Source: Bacillota bacterium (GTDB lineage Bacteria; Bacillota; Limnochordia; Darwinibacteriales; DTU012). From it: a stretch of 64,000 nucleotides of DNA. The stretch covers positions 2,224-66,223 of the forward strand of contig DURM01000008.1 in NCBI GenBank assembly GCA_012837335.1, written 5' to 3'. A model generated the notes under the pieces. That model ran no database searches. It worked only from the letters and a program-made list of their open reading frames with translations, and was not told the DNA's origin. Numbering within the stretch: position 1 is the stretch's first letter; each line of letters starts with the position of its first letter. The translations under genes and the position numbers were made by a program. This document shows, one piece after another, positions 8,594 to 19,402 of this stretch.

Positions 8594-10537
8594 ATGAGTG
8601 AAACTGTATTTGCCTTAGATATCGGCACAAGAAAAATTGCGGGTTTATTAATGGAGAAAGCTGAGGACCATTACCTAATTCAGCATGTGGTTATGAATGA
8701 GCAGCTGCCCAATGCGATGCAGGACGGGCAGATCCATGACATTCCTAAAGTAGCCCAGATTATCAAGGAAACGGCAGCTCAAACCGCAGCTTGCATAGCA
8801 CAGCCAATCAAAACTGCAGCTGTAGCTGCCGCGGGGCGGTCCCTGAAAACCCAGCAGGGTCAGGCTACCATCAAGCTGGCTCCCAATCAGGTAATCACCA
8901 GCCATGACCTGAGCGAGCTGGAATTAAGCGCAGTCGCCGACGCCTTAGATAAAATGAACCAGTATCAGGTTCAGACCGCTGTTGATACCTATTTATGCGT
9001 GGGCTATTCCATTATTCAAAGCTACCTTGATGACCAGCCGATCCAAAATCTCTTGGGCCATCAGGGCTACTCAGCATCGGTTGAGGTAATTGCAACGTTT
9101 CTGCCGCGCATTGTAATCGATGCGCTGACAACAGCTCTGCGCACTGCTGGCTTGGAAATGCAGTCCTTAACCCTGGAACCGATTGCCGCTATGAACGCGG
9201 TGATTCCTCAATCAATGCGGCTGCTGAATCTAGCTTTGGTGGATGTGGGCGCAGGCACATGCGATATTGCTATTACCGCGGGCGGTACGGTTAAAGCTTT
9301 TGGCATGATCGCTCAAGCTGGCGATTTAATCACCAGAATAATCGCCGAAGCATACCTGCTGGATTTCATGGAAGCGGAGCAGGTTAAGCGCAAGCTCTGT
9401 CAGGAAACAGAGATTGCCTGCCTTGATGTGCTGGGCAATCAGTTAGAACTAAAAGTGGAAGATGTGCTCAGTCTGATCCAGCCGTCTGTGCAGCAGCTGG
9501 CTGAGGAGATCGCAGCTGAAATTCTTGCTTTAAATGATGGACCGCCTAAGGGTGTGATTTTAATCGGTGGCGGCAGCTTAACACCGGGACTGGAGCAGGA
9601 GCTGGCCAAACGCTTGGAGCTGGCACCTAATTTAGTGCGCATTCGGGACCGAGCCAGCCTCAGCCATGTACTTGGTGCCGAGGAGTATTTGGGACCACAG
9701 CTGATCACCCCGATCTGCATTGGCTGCAATCATTTAGATCGAGCGGCTATGGAAATGCAGAAAGTTACTATTAACGGTCAGCCGGTTCAGTTTCTGCGCC
9801 TGACCAATGCTACAGTCGGAGATGCGCTGCTGAACAGCGGTTACAGCATCGAAGATCTGCTCACATCCAGCCAAACAGCCCTGACAATCTCGGTTAATCA
9901 AAAGCCGTTCACCATCAGCTCCCGCAGCGCAGGTCGAACCCACGTGTACCGCAATGGGGAGCCCGCGTATCTGCATTCGAAAATAAAAGCCGGCGACAGA
10001 ATTGAAATCAAAACCGATGAGGCAGTGGAAGCGTTTACACTCAAAGATGCGGCCGCTCAGTTAAAGCTTGCCAAGCGGTTAACCATCAACGGCAGACATC
10101 TTACCGTAATGCCGCAAATCAAGGTTAACAACCAGATTCAGCCGCTTACTTACACTCTGAATGATGGTGATTGTTTGACTTTTGAGCCGCTGGAAACAAT
10201 CGCCGAGGCTTTAAAACAAGCTGGGATCGATGTTCAGCCGAACGCGATTGTGGTAAGCGTTAATAATCAGCCGGTAAGACTGCAGGGACCGGTGCGGGTG
10301 CTTGTTAACGGCAAACCCGGAACTTTGGACCAAGCCGTGGAAGATGGTGACCGGATTGAATACCAGGCTCAACCTAAAGCTCGGTTTATTCTCACTGATA
10401 TTTTCCGGGTTTATCAGCCGGAGCAGCTTGACCAAGTAAAGCAGATTAAGTTTGTGCTGAACGGCAAACCAGCGGGATACACTGATCCCATCAACGATGG
10501 AGATCAAATTGAACTGCTCATAGATCATAAAAGCTGA
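8594..10537 (+). CDS. Actin-fold ATPase (FtsA/EutJ/PilM-like) fused to a C-terminal array of ThiS/MoaD-like beta-grasp repeats
   Basis: 647-aa ORF. The N-terminal roughly 380 aa carry ALDIGTRKIAG, LVDVGAGTCDIAI and ILIGGGSLTPGL phosphate/adenosine motifs. The C-terminal roughly 260 aa contain repeated (I/V)x(I/V)N(G/N)xP ... GDxIE units. Confidence 0.7.
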   Translation: MSETVFALDIGTRKIAGLLMEKAEDHYLIQHVVMNEQLPNAMQDGQIHDIPKVAQIIKETAAQTAACIAQPIKTAAVAAAGRSLKTQQGQATIKLAPNQVITSHDLSELELSAVADALDKMNQYQVQTAVDTYLCVGYSIIQSYLDDQPIQNLLGHQGYSASVEVIATFLPRIVIDALTTALRTAGLEMQSLTLEPIAAMNAVIPQSMRLLNLALVDVGAGTCDIAITAGGTVKAFGMIAQAGDLITRIIAEAYLLDFMEAEQVKRKLCQETEIACLDVLGNQLELKVEDVLSLIQPSVQQLAEEIAAEILALNDGPPKGVILIGGGSLTPGLEQELAKRLELAPNLVRIRDRASLSHVLGAEEYLGPQLITPICIGCNHLDRAAMEMQKVTINGQPVQFLRLTNATVGDALLNSGYSIEDLLTSSQTALTISVNQKPFTISSRSAGRTHVYRNGEPAYLHSKIKAGDRIEIKTDEAVEAFTLKDAAAQLKLAKRLTINGRHLTVMPQIKVNNQIQPLTYTLNDGDCLTFEPLETIAEALKQAGIDVQPNAIVVSVNNQPVRLQGPVRVLVNGKPGTLDQAVEDGDRIEYQAQPKARFILTDIFRVYQPEQLDQVKQIKFVLNGKPAGYTDPINDGDQIELLIDHKS

Positions 10538-10564
10538 CAGGGAGGCATCTTGCCTCCCTGTCAG
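10534..10564. terminator. Shared hairpin between convergent genes
   Basis: CTGACAGGGAGGCA-tct-TGCCTCCCTGTCAG forms 14-bp perfect arms. A U-tract (GCUUUUAU) is present only for the minus-strand transcript. The hairpin touches both stop codons. Confidence 0.6.
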
Positions 10565-10813
10565 CTAACTGCCGAGATTTAAGGAAAACTGGTAAAGTAC
10601 ATCCCGTTCCTTTTGCTTTACCAATTGCATGTCCCGCAGCAGAGAGAGATCATTCCAGAGCGATTCTAGGTATCTGCAGCTTTTCGGCACCAGCAGATCT
10701 TTGTCGCTCATCCTAATTAAAATATCCAAGAGCTGCGGCGGCAGATTTTTCAGCAGAAATTGCTGTTCCTCTGTGGCCATTTCCCACAAATGCTCAGGAA
10801 TCTCTGCCTTCAA
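10565..10813 (-). CDS. Hypothetical small protein (82 aa)
   Basis: ORF track entry, with GGGAGG about 10 nt upstream of a TTG start. No recognisable motif. Confidence 0.4.
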   Translation of the reverse strand: MKAEIPEHLWEMATEEQQFLLKNLPPQLLDILIRMSDKDLLVPKSCRYLESLWNDLSLLRDMQLVKQKERDVLYQFSLNLGS

Positions 10814-10886
10814 TATATCTATGCCTCCCGTGAATCTCTTCTCTTGGGTGCAATTATCTACTTCTACTTTTTTCCTATAATTCCTT

Positions 10887-11420
10887 TTACGGGTGTTGAA
10901 ATACTACAACATATTCGTACTGCTGCTCTTCACCGGTAAAAACTTGATGGTAGCGGACTAACTCATTGCCGTACTGATCCTGCACAATAATCTCTTCATT
11001 GATCAGCTGGCTCCGCTTAAGCAGCAGATAATCATAGGGATGAGTTGGACCGAAGCCATAGCTAACTCCCTTGGATGGAGACCGGCGGGCAATGGTGATA
11101 ACTGTACGCTCATCCTGCTTAACTATGCTGCTGATCTCCACTTCATATCCGGCATCTGGACGCTCTCCTAAATAAACTAGAATCGGGATAAATTCGCTGT
11201 CATCAAAATGGTGATATTTCCGAAAATCATAATCGAAAGATTCGAGGGTATTTACCCACTGCTCGCTGTCAAAACCGATGACAATCTGAGTGCGGGAATC
11301 ATTGCTGTGCCACTGCCAATCTTCTGTATCGCGGTCGCTTTCATAGATCACGATCGTCAGAGATTGGGCATTGAGCAGAATCAGCAGTACAAGCGCTGTC
11401 AGCAAAACACTCCTTACCAT
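10887..11420 (-). CDS. Secreted PrcB-like (protease complex subunit PrcB C-terminal domain) protein
   Basis: 177-aa ORF with a signal peptide. ILVYLGERPDAGYEVEISSIVKQDERTVITI resembles the PrcB_C beta-domain pattern. The call is from memory. Confidence 0.45.
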   Translation of the reverse strand: MVRSVLLTALVLLILLNAQSLTIVIYESDRDTEDWQWHSNDSRTQIVIGFDSEQWVNTLESFDYDFRKYHHFDDSEFIPILVYLGERPDAGYEVEISSIVKQDERTVITIARRSPSKGVSYGFGPTHPYDYLLLKRSQLINEEIIVQDQYGNELVRYHQVFTGEEQQYEYVVVFQHP

Positions 11421-11435
11421 ATCGGCTCCTCCTCT

Positions 11436-12608
11436 TTAACTGCAGGTACAGCATTGATTTTTTCCTGAAGTTTTAGCCCTGTACATCGCCATATCAGCCC
11501 GACGCAGCAGTTCCATGCGGTCCTGTGCATCATCAGGGTAGCTGGCAACTCCAATTGACACTGTCAGCTCCCGTTCCAGTTCCAGTTCTGACAGCTCTGC
11601 CAACTTAGCCTGGATTCTTTTAGCAAACACCAAACCACGAGCGCGATTAGTGTGAGGCAGAATTACCACAAACTCCTCCCCACCAAAACGGACTACATAG
11701 TCTTCATCCCGGACACTGCTGCGAATTGTCTGGGCAACTGTCTTAAGAACCTCGTCACCGTATTCATGCCCATATGTATCATTGAACAGCTTAAAATCAT
11801 CAATATCAATGAACAGCATCGTTACCGGATAGTCGCTGTCCTGATCCAGCCATTCGCTCAAAAACCGGTAATTATAAACTTTGGTTTTAGAATCTAAAAC
11901 TAGTTCCTGCTCAGCCTGAATTCTCCGCTGCTGTTCAGCCACAAGATAGAAACTGTAGCGGATAATCTCGGAAATTCCAAGCAGCAGCGCACCAAAAATC
12001 AAGAGACCCTCCATCTGCCAGGTGGCGATAAAAAACGAGAAAATCACTCCAACATATCCAAACATCAGATAATAGAACCAAATCCGCGGGTGGAAGATAT
12101 GCTTGATGCCGGCATAAGCGCTGCTGTCCAGCAGCACAGTAATAACAGATACTAAGACAAGATTAACAAAGTTATACAGCACCAAGCCGATCAGCATTGC
12201 CGGCAAGCTGTGGGGAACCGAAAGCTCCCCAATGTTAGGGTGGAGAAATGAGAAAACCAACCCAACCAGCAGAACGGTTAGCGACCGCTGGAGCAAATTA
12301 AGAAAGACCTTGATCAAATCAATATCAGCCATAAGGCCGTAGATGAGATTAGCTAAAATTGCCAACCACATAGCTTCCCCGGTGCCAAAGACAAAGATGG
12401 CTGTCAGATAGATAGAAACAGATAGAGAATGCCTGATATAGCGGGATACCCCTATTCCCCTAAATTTAAAGATGACGAGCAGCACCAGCAGGAGCAGCAG
12501 TTCCGTCCACCGCTCCCAAGCCAGCATTGGAGTGAAAAAGATCAAACCGGCAGCAGCTGTCAGCGCTGCTGCCGTACTGACAACCATTAACTTTGTGTTG
12601 GTTTTCAT
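11436..12608 (-). CDS. Membrane-bound diguanylate cyclase (GGDEF domain)
   Basis: About 8 TM helices, then a GGDEF domain with a GGEEF active site. An RDED inhibitory-site motif sits 5 residues upstream of it. GAGGGA lies 7 nt before ATG at 12608; the tracked ORF starts at 12623. Confidence 0.85.
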   Translation of the reverse strand: MKTNTKLMVVSTAAALTAAAGLIFFTPMLAWERWTELLLLLVLLVIFKFRGIGVSRYIRHSLSVSIYLTAIFVFGTGEAMWLAILANLIYGLMADIDLIKVFLNLLQRSLTVLLVGLVFSFLHPNIGELSVPHSLPAMLIGLVLYNFVNLVLVSVITVLLDSSAYAGIKHIFHPRIWFYYLMFGYVGVIFSFFIATWQMEGLLIFGALLLGISEIIRYSFYLVAEQQRRIQAEQELVLDSKTKVYNYRFLSEWLDQDSDYPVTMLFIDIDDFKLFNDTYGHEYGDEVLKTVAQTIRSSVRDEDYVVRFGGEEFVVILPHTNRARGLVFAKRIQAKLAELSELELERELTVSIGVASYPDDAQDRMELLRRADMAMYRAKTSGKNQCCTCS

Positions 12609-12628
12609 CAACGAATCCCTCACTTACC

Positions 12629-13201
12629 CTACATAAACTGATTTAGCACCGCAATGAGGTCTTCTCGTCCTGATTTGGTGGCAGCAGAGAAAATAAGTCC
12701 TGGCAGATGTAGTGCGCTGATTATTCGATTCATGTGCTGTTTATATTTTCCGCGGCTAATTTTATCAGCTTTTGTCGCTACTACCCAAGCAGGTATATCC
12801 ATAGCGGCGATCCATTCAGCCATCATTTGGTCATCGGCTGTCGGGCGATGTCTGATATCAACAATCATTAAGATCGCCACTAAGTTCTCGCGTTCTGTCA
12901 AGTAACCTTCGATCATGGGCTTCCACTGAGCTCTGACCGATTCTGACACCTTGGCATACCCGTAACCGGGTAAATCGACCAGAACCAGTCGATCTACCCG
13001 GTAGAAATTCAGGGTTTGGGTTCTGCCGGGCTGTCCCGACACCCTTGCTAATTTTTTGCGGTTGACCAAAGCATTGATCAGAGAAGACTTGCCAACATTT
13101 GAACGTCCTACTAGGGCAATCTCCGGATACGGATGTACCGGATACTGGTTGGATTTGACCGCACTGGTTATGAACTCACAATCGTGGATATTGATACTCA
13201 T
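12629..13201 (-). CDS. engB: Ribosome biogenesis GTPase YsxC/EngB
   Basis: G1 motif [14 protein letters not shown] and G3 motif [11 protein letters not shown] start/stop overlap with lon. Same position as in the Bacillus lonA-ysxC arrangement. Confidence 0.9.
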   Translation of the reverse strand: MSINIHDCEFITSAVKSNQYPVHPYPEIALVGRSNVGKSSLINALVNRKKLARVSGQPGRTQTLNFYRVDRLVLVDLPGYGYAKVSESVRAQWKPMIEGYLTERENLVAILMIVDIRHRPTADDQMMAEWIAAMDIPAWVVATKADKISRGKYKQHMNRIISALHLPGLIFSAATKSGREDLIAVLNQFM

Positions 13202-15588
13202 TGCCGCTCAATCCACTGCTGAGAATCGGGATACTGTTCAGGCGGTACAAAATCCAAATTCTTGTCGCTGTCTTCATCATCTGTATCTGCCAGTGCAATC
13301 TCTAAAACCGTATCCATATGGTCAACAAAGTCTATCTCAATCTTGCGAAGCACATCTTCAGGGATGTCTTCCAAGTTCTTTTCATTGTCTTTAGGAAGCA
13401 GCACATGGGAAATTCCCCCGCGGTGAGCTGCCAGCAGTTTTTCTTTAACTCCACCGATTGGCAGAACTCTGCCCCGCAGCGTAATCTCTCCGGTCATTGC
13501 CACCTGATGCTTAACAGGACGGCCTGTTAAGGCGCTGACCACTGCGGTAGCAATGGTGATCCCTGCTGATGGACCATCTTTCGGAATTGCTCCTTCCGGG
13601 ACATGCACGTGAATATCGTATTTCTCATGAAAATCAGGCTCTATCCCCAGCTGGGCTGCCCGCGAGCGGATATAGCTGATCGCGGTCTGAGCTGATTCCC
13701 GCATTACTTCGCCCAACTTGCCTGTCAGGATTATCTTACCTTTGCCCTCAATGATCGTTACCTCTATGGAGAGCATTTCTCCTCCCACCGATGTGTAAGC
13801 TAAACCGGTCGCAACACCGATGCGATCTTCGGTATCCATCAGCTGATGCTTGTATCTTGGTGCTCCCAAGTACTTGTGAAGTGAGCTGACTGTTACCCTA
13901 ATCGGTGTTTTGCCGCCGCGCACAACTTCGGTGGCAATTTTCCGGCAGATTGCGGCCAGTTCCCGCTCCAAATTCCGCACACCGGCTTCGCGGGTGTAAT
14001 TTGAGATCACGCGCGCAAAGGTGTTTTCCGAAATAATTACCTGGTCTTCGCTGAGGCCATGAACCTTTAACTGTTTAGGCCAGAGATGGCGTTTGACGAT
14101 TTCCAGTTTCTCCAACTCCGTGTAGCCCGGAATTTCAATTACTTCCATCCGATCTCGCAGCGGAGCCGGTATCTGATACAGTACATTCGCCGTGGTTAGG
14201 AACATTACCTGCGACAAATCAAAAGGAACTTCCAAATAGTGATCGCTGAATGCATTGTTCTGCTCCGGATCTAAAGCTTCTAAAAGCGCAGAAGTAGGAT
14301 CGCCCCGAAAATCGGAAGCCAGCTTATCGATCTCATCTAGGAGAAAGACCGGATTGCGGCTGCCGGCTGTTTTCAGCGCTTGAATGATTCGGCCCGGCAG
14401 CGCACCTACATAAGTGCGGCGGTGACCTCGAATTTCTGCTTCATCCCTAACTCCACCCAAAGAAATGCGGACAAACTGTCTGCCTAAAGCTTCTGCTACC
14501 GAACGAGCAAGCGAAGTTTTCCCCACTCCCGGAGGTCCGACTAAACAAAGAATCGGGCCTTTCAGCTCCTTGGTCAGCTGCCGTACCGCAAGATACTCCA
14601 AAATCCGCTGTTTAACCTTGTCGAGTCCGAAATGGTCCCGATCCAAAATCTGCTCAGCTTCATTAATGTCCAAGCGGTCCTTTGTGGTCTTGGACCACGG
14701 CAGAGCCAGCATCCAATCCAAGTAATTGCGGACTACGACTGTTTCTGCGGCCATGGGCGGCATTTTTTCGAAGCGGTGCAGCTCGTGAATCACTTTGGCT
14801 TTGGCTTCTTTAGGCAGTTTTGCTGCTTTGAGCTTCTTTTTATACTCTTCCACTTCGCTGACGCGGTCATCTTTGTCGCCCAGCTCACCCTGAATCGCTT
14901 TCATCTGCTCCCGCAGATAGTACTCGCGCTGAGTTTTTTCCATCTGTTTGCGGACCTTAACTTGAATTTTTCTTTCTAATTCTAGCAGGTCCAGTTCTTT
15001 GGCTAGAAGCTGAAGCATCAGCTCCAGTCGGCTTTTAACATCCGTTTCTTCAAGTAACTGCTGTTTATCTTCTATCTTAGTAATAATCTGACCGGCGACT
15101 GCATCGGCAAAGCGGTCAGGATCACTGATACTGCTTACAGAACCAACTGCTTCAGTTGGGATCTTCTTAGACATCTTCACATACTTCTCAAAAAAGTCCA
15201 AGACACTGCGCTGTAAGGCTTCCACCTCTAGATCATAACTGACAATGCTGTCCATGGGTGTTACAGCAACTTCAAAAAATTCGTCGTTTTCAGTGAAGTA
15301 ACCTATCTCAACACGCTGCAGACCTTCGATCAGAACGCGAATCTGGCCTTCAGGCATTCGCAGCAGCTGTTTTACTTCACACAAGGTACCAACAGTAAAG
15401 ATGTCCTCTTGGAGCGGTTCGATAACACTGGCATCTTTCTGGGCAGCCAAAACCAACCTCTTATCAGCGGTCATGGCTGCTTCCAGCGCATGGATCGATA
15501 GCTCTCTGCCAACCTCAAGTGGTGTAACCATGTTTGGGAATACGATTATGCCTCGTAAAGCTAGTAAAGGATATACCATATCTTTCAT
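13198..15588 (-). CDS. lon: ATP-dependent Lon protease (LonA)
   Basis: Has a Lon N-domain, Walker [10 protein letters not shown] and the protease motif [16 protein letters not shown] lies 5 nt upstream of ATG at 15588. The first 20 codons of the tracked ORF (to 15648) are therefore probably not translated. Confidence 0.95.
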   Translation of the reverse strand: MKDMVYPLLALRGIIVFPNMVTPLEVGRELSIHALEAAMTADKRLVLAAQKDASVIEPLQEDIFTVGTLCEVKQLLRMPEGQIRVLIEGLQRVEIGYFTENDEFFEVAVTPMDSIVSYDLEVEALQRSVLDFFEKYVKMSKKIPTEAVGSVSSISDPDRFADAVAGQIITKIEDKQQLLEETDVKSRLELMLQLLAKELDLLELERKIQVKVRKQMEKTQREYYLREQMKAIQGELGDKDDRVSEVEEYKKKLKAAKLPKEAKAKVIHELHRFEKMPPMAAETVVVRNYLDWMLALPWSKTTKDRLDINEAEQILDRDHFGLDKVKQRILEYLAVRQLTKELKGPILCLVGPPGVGKTSLARSVAEALGRQFVRISLGGVRDEAEIRGHRRTYVGALPGRIIQALKTAGSRNPVFLLDEIDKLASDFRGDPTSALLEALDPEQNNAFSDHYLEVPFDLSQVMFLTTANVLYQIPAPLRDRMEVIEIPGYTELEKLEIVKRHLWPKQLKVHGLSEDQVIISENTFARVISNYTREAGVRNLERELAAICRKIATEVVRGGKTPIRVTVSSLHKYLGAPRYKHQLMDTEDRIGVATGLAYTSVGGEMLSIEVTIIEGKGKIILTGKLGEVMRESAQTAISYIRSRAAQLGIEPDFHEKYDIHVHVPEGAIPKDGPSAGITIATAVVSALTGRPVKHQVAMTGEITLRGRVLPIGGVKEKLLAAHRGGISHVLLPKDNEKNLEDIPEDVLRKIEIDFVDHMDTVLEIALADTDDEDSDKNLDFVPPEQYPDSQQWIERQ

Positions 15589-15671
15589 TATTTCCACCTC
15601 CATTACGCAGACATCTACCCTTGGTACCATTATACCATAATGATCCAAAAATCCATAGCCGTGGAAGAAAG

Positions 15672-17381
15672 TCAGAGTTTCTGCGCTCCTTGAGTTGGAT
15701 AGACTCCAGCCGCTGAGAGCAGTTCGCCCTGCTTAGTACCCACTCTGACTGCCGCATCGCCTTCTTCCCACAGTAAAGCCGCTGCTATTACATCCTCAAT
15801 TTGAACTACCGGCTCGATCTCAATGCCTTTGAACTCTGCAAACATGTCCTGCCAGTTGTCCTTGGGAATCAACACTTTCTTAACCCCTGCCAGCTGAGCG
15901 GCTTCGATTTTGGCGGGAACTCCTCCTACCGGCTTAACGGTACCATGAATGGACACCTCTCCAGTCATGGCAATGTCATTGCGCACTTTGATTCGGGTAA
16001 TCGCAGAGTATATGGCGGTGATAATGGAGACCCCCGCTGACGGACCATCGATCGGGGCACCGCCGGGAAAATTGATATGCAGGTCATAGTCCTGGGGACA
16101 CAGTCCTAGATTGGCCCGCAACACAGTCATGACATTATCAATAGAAGAGCGAGCCAGGGATTTGCGCCGGACTGTGCGGCCAAAGCCGCTGCCAGTCTCT
16201 TCCTCATCAACAATGCCGGTAATTTGGATTTTGCCCTGTCCCCGCTCACTCGGGATAGCTACTGCCTCTACCTCGATCAGAGTACCCAGGTTAGGTCCGT
16301 AAACCGCTAAACCATTCACCGAACCTATCGCAGGTTTGTCGGGGATCTGCACGTCAGGGCGAGGGCTGTACTGACCGCTGTTGACTACCCATTCAATGTC
16401 TTTCTTATCAATTTGATTTCTGTTTTCTGAAAGCACGATTCCGCCTGCAATCTGAATCATATTAACTGCGTCGCGACCGTTGTTGGCGTACTTAGTCACC
16501 TCAGCGAGAGCATCATCAGAAATGTGAAAACCCACTTTTTCTGCTGCGTTTTTGGCTATCTTTTTGATTTCCTGAGGTGTAAGCGCCCGGAAAAAGATTT
16601 CCAGACAGCGGGAGCGGATTGCCGGAGGCAGTTCGTGGGGCATCCTGGTAGTGGCTCCGACCAACCGGAAATCTGCAGGCAGACCATTTTGGAAAATCTC
16701 ATGGATATACTGGGGAATATTGGTGTCCTCTGAAGAATAATATGCGCTTTCCAAGAAAACCTTGCGATCCTCGAGCACTTTCAAGAGTTTATTCATTTGG
16801 ATGGGATGGAGCTCCCCGATTTCATCGATGAACAAAACACCGCCGTGAGCCTTGGTCACCGCCCCGGGTTTCGGCTGGGGAATGCCGGCGATCCCGAGCG
16901 GTCCAGCTCCCTGATAGATAGGATCGTGCACTGATCCCATTAAAGGATCGGCTATACCCCGATCATCAAAACGCGCTGTGGTAGCATCAATCTCGACAAA
17001 TTTAGCATCGGGTCTAAAGGGAGAGTGGGGGCTCCGTTTTGCTTCCTCAAGCACTACGCGGGCAGCCGCGGTTTTACCTACTCCCGGTGGACCGTAGATA
17101 ATCACATGCTGGGGATTGGGACCGCATAAAGCAGCCCTTAAAGCCTTAATGCCATCTTCCTGCCCAACCAAGTCAGAGAAAGAAGCGGGTCGCGTCCGCT
17201 CTGCTAAAGGTTCGGTGAGGGATATGGCTTTCAGTTTATGTAATTTTTCCATTTCTTTTTTTGATTCCCGGTCAACCGCCGTCTTATTCCCCTGCTGCTG
17301 TTTGAGGAGATTGTAGAAATACAAGCCGATCACAACAGCAAAGAAAAAGTTGACCAAACCAAAGATACCCATCAAATCCAT
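15672..17381 (-). CDS. lonB: Membrane-anchored Lon-like protease LonB (sporulation type)
   Basis: N-terminal TM helix, Walker A GPPGVGKT and a C-terminal Lon protease domain with IDGPSAGVS. It sits between clpX and lon, as in Bacillus. Confidence 0.85.
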   Translation of the reverse strand: MDLMGIFGLVNFFFAVVIGLYFYNLLKQQQGNKTAVDRESKKEMEKLHKLKAISLTEPLAERTRPASFSDLVGQEDGIKALRAALCGPNPQHVIIYGPPGVGKTAAARVVLEEAKRSPHSPFRPDAKFVEIDATTARFDDRGIADPLMGSVHDPIYQGAGPLGIAGIPQPKPGAVTKAHGGVLFIDEIGELHPIQMNKLLKVLEDRKVFLESAYYSSEDTNIPQYIHEIFQNGLPADFRLVGATTRMPHELPPAIRSRCLEIFFRALTPQEIKKIAKNAAEKVGFHISDDALAEVTKYANNGRDAVNMIQIAGGIVLSENRNQIDKKDIEWVVNSGQYSPRPDVQIPDKPAIGSVNGLAVYGPNLGTLIEVEAVAIPSERGQGKIQITGIVDEEETGSGFGRTVRRKSLARSSIDNVMTVLRANLGLCPQDYDLHINFPGGAPIDGPSAGVSIITAIYSAITRIKVRNDIAMTGEVSIHGTVKPVGGVPAKIEAAQLAGVKKVLIPKDNWQDMFAEFKGIEIEPVVQIEDVIAAALLWEEGDAAVRVGTKQGELLSAAGVYPTQGAQKL

Positions 17382-17430
17382 GGCACTACCTCCCTGATAT
17401 CCTTAACAGACTTAGTATATCCGCGGAGGC

Positions 17431-17462
17431 AAAAAAAATAAGGCAGGTACTGCACCTGCCTT
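17431..17462 (-). terminator. Rho-independent terminator after clpX
   Basis: Minus strand reads AAGGCAGGU-gcagu-ACCUGCCUU, a 9-bp perfect stem, followed by AUUUUUUUU. Confidence 0.8.
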
Positions 17463-17470
17463 ATTTATAT

Positions 17471-18724
17471 CTATGCGGTTTCATCCTTGGCTTGGTCAAC
17501 TCGAATCAGCCGCGGCGGCTCATGTTTAAGCACTGCTTCTTTGGTGATCACACACTTCTTCACATCAGACTGTGACGGAACTGTGTACATGGTGTCCTGC
17601 ATAATCGATTCAAGAATCGAGCGCAGACCCCGGGCGCCAGTCTTTTGTTCCAAAGCGAGCTCAGCAATTGCTTGCAGAGCATCAGGCTGAAACTCCAGTT
17701 CCACATCATCCATTTCGAACAGTTTCTGGAACTGCTTGACCAGTGCATTTTTCGGTTTAACCAAAATATCGATTAAAGCTTCTTGATCCAGGGCATCCAA
17801 GGATACAACTACTGGCACACGGCCGATAAACTCTGGAATCAAACCAAACTTCAGCAAATCTTCCGGCATGATCTGGCGGAGAATATCGCCAATCTTTTTC
17901 TCTTCTTTGGTCTTAATCTCAGCGCCAAAGCCCATTGTTTTTTCACCAATGCGCTGCTCAATGATTTTTTCCAAACCATCGAAGGCTCCGCCGCAGATGA
18001 AGAGAATATTGGTGGTATCGATCTGGATGAACTCCTGGTGGGGATGCTTGCGGCCTCCCTGCGGGGGCACACTAGCGATTGTTCCTTCCAGAATTTTCAG
18101 AAGTGCCTGCTGCACTCCTTCTCCGGATACATCCCTGGTGATCGACGGATTTTCCGATTTGCGAGCAATTTTGTCTATCTCATCGATGTAGATAATGCCT
18201 CGCTCAGCTCTCTCTACATCGTAATCGGCTGCTTGGATCAGTCTCAGTAAGATGTTTTCAACATCCTCACCCACATATCCAGCTTCAGTCAAGCTGGTAG
18301 CATCTGCGATTGCAAACGGTACATTTAAGATCTTTGCCAATGTTTGAGCCAACAGGGTTTTACCGCTGCCGGTTGGACCAAGCAGGAGGATATTGCTCTT
18401 CTGCAGTTCGACATCATCTGCTCTGCCAACGTTGTTAATGCGTTTGTAGTGATTATACACCGCTACTGCTAACGATTTTTTGGCCTGCTCTTGTCCGATT
18501 ACGTATTCATCGAGAGTTTTGCGAATTTCCATCGGCTTGGGAATGCTGTGGAAATAAGCATCTGTTTCTTCAGTGAACTCCTCCTCGATAATCTCGTTGC
18601 ACAGCTCAATACATTCATCGCAGATGTACACCCCGGGGCCGGCGATGAGCTTTTTTACCTGTTCCTGCTGTTTACCGCAGAAAGAACATTTCAGCTGCCC
18701 TTTTTCATCGCCAAATTTTAACAT
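17471..18724 (-). CDS. clpX: ATP-dependent Clp protease ATP-binding subunit ClpX
   Basis: N-terminal zinc ribbon (CSFCGK...CDEC), Walker A GPTGSGKT, and ClpX-typical sequence throughout. Confidence 0.97.
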   Translation of the reverse strand: MLKFGDEKGQLKCSFCGKQQEQVKKLIAGPGVYICDECIELCNEIIEEEFTEETDAYFHSIPKPMEIRKTLDEYVIGQEQAKKSLAVAVYNHYKRINNVGRADDVELQKSNILLLGPTGSGKTLLAQTLAKILNVPFAIADATSLTEAGYVGEDVENILLRLIQAADYDVERAERGIIYIDEIDKIARKSENPSITRDVSGEGVQQALLKILEGTIASVPPQGGRKHPHQEFIQIDTTNILFICGGAFDGLEKIIEQRIGEKTMGFGAEIKTKEEKKIGDILRQIMPEDLLKFGLIPEFIGRVPVVVSLDALDQEALIDILVKPKNALVKQFQKLFEMDDVELEFQPDALQAIAELALEQKTGARGLRSILESIMQDTMYTVPSQSDVKKCVITKEAVLKHEPPRLIRVDQAKDETA

Positions 18725-18745
18725 CTTATCACCTCTCTCAAGCGC

Positions 18746-19348
18746 TTACGCCTCGTTCATATCTTTTTTGTGATGCATGATGCCGTCGATTATTCCGTAT
18801 TTTACTGCTTCTTCCGCCGACATATAGTAATCACGATCTGTGTCATGTTCAATTTTCTCCAGTGGCTGCCCTGTGTGATGGTGGAGAATCTGGTTTCCCA
18901 TGTGCTTCAAGCGCAGAATCTCTTTAGCAACAATCTCAATTTGAGTTGCCTGACCCTGGGCGCCACCCATCGGCTGATGAATCATCACCCGGGAATGGGG
19001 CAGCGCAAACCGCTTACCCTTCGCTCCTGCTGTTAGAAGCAGGGCGGCCATGCTGGCTGCTAAGCCTACACAAATGGTAGATACATCAGGTTTAATGTAC
19101 TGCATTGTATCGTAAATAGCCAGTCCGGAATAAACCTCGCCACCCGGGCTGTTAATGTACAAATGAATATCTTTACTGGGATCCTCCGACTCCAGATAAA
19201 GCAGCTGCGCTACAACTAAATTAGCAACATGATCATTAATCGGTCCTCCGAGAAACACAATCCGTTCTCTGAGCAAACGCGAATAAATATCAAACGCTCT
19301 TTCTCCCCGATTGGTTTGTTCAACCACCATTGGAACTAAAGTGCTCAT
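18746..19348 (-). CDS. clpP: ATP-dependent Clp protease proteolytic subunit ClpP
   Basis: 200 aa. [33 protein letters not shown] (catalytic Ser) and MIHQP (His) are typical of ClpP. Confidence 0.97.
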   Translation of the reverse strand: MSTLVPMVVEQTNRGERAFDIYSRLLRERIVFLGGPINDHVANLVVAQLLYLESEDPSKDIHLYINSPGGEVYSGLAIYDTMQYIKPDVSTICVGLAASMAALLLTAGAKGKRFALPHSRVMIHQPMGGAQGQATQIEIVAKEILRLKHMGNQILHHHTGQPLEKIEHDTDRDYYMSAEEAVKYGIIDGIMHHKKDMNEA

Positions 19349-19402
19349 TGTTCACGACTCCTTTCTGCAGCTTTAAGTATATTCGAGCAGAGTCTCAGCA
19401 CA

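Noticed and set aside
15589-15648. 20-codon N-terminal extension of Lon in the tracked ORF. Similar extensions occur for tig, murD, yvcK, secG, the amidase, pepF, rph, whiA and the 25512 ORF.
   Set aside because: In each case a strong Shine-Dalgarno sequence lies inside the extension at proper spacing from an internal start. The shorter protein also begins where the family normally begins.
17783-18250. 155-aa plus-strand ORF (with further ORFs at 17868..18191 and 17851..18072) inside clpX
   Set aside because: It is antisense or out of frame to an unmistakable clpX coding sequence. It has no ribosome-binding site, and its composition is low-complexity and typical of shadow ORFs.
19349-19402. 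A search for CtsR boxes (GGTCAAA direct repeat) or CIRCE elements upstream of clpP, clpX and lon
   Set aside because: I could find no match to either motif by eye in the short intergenic regions. Regulation of these genes cannot be inferred from this window.
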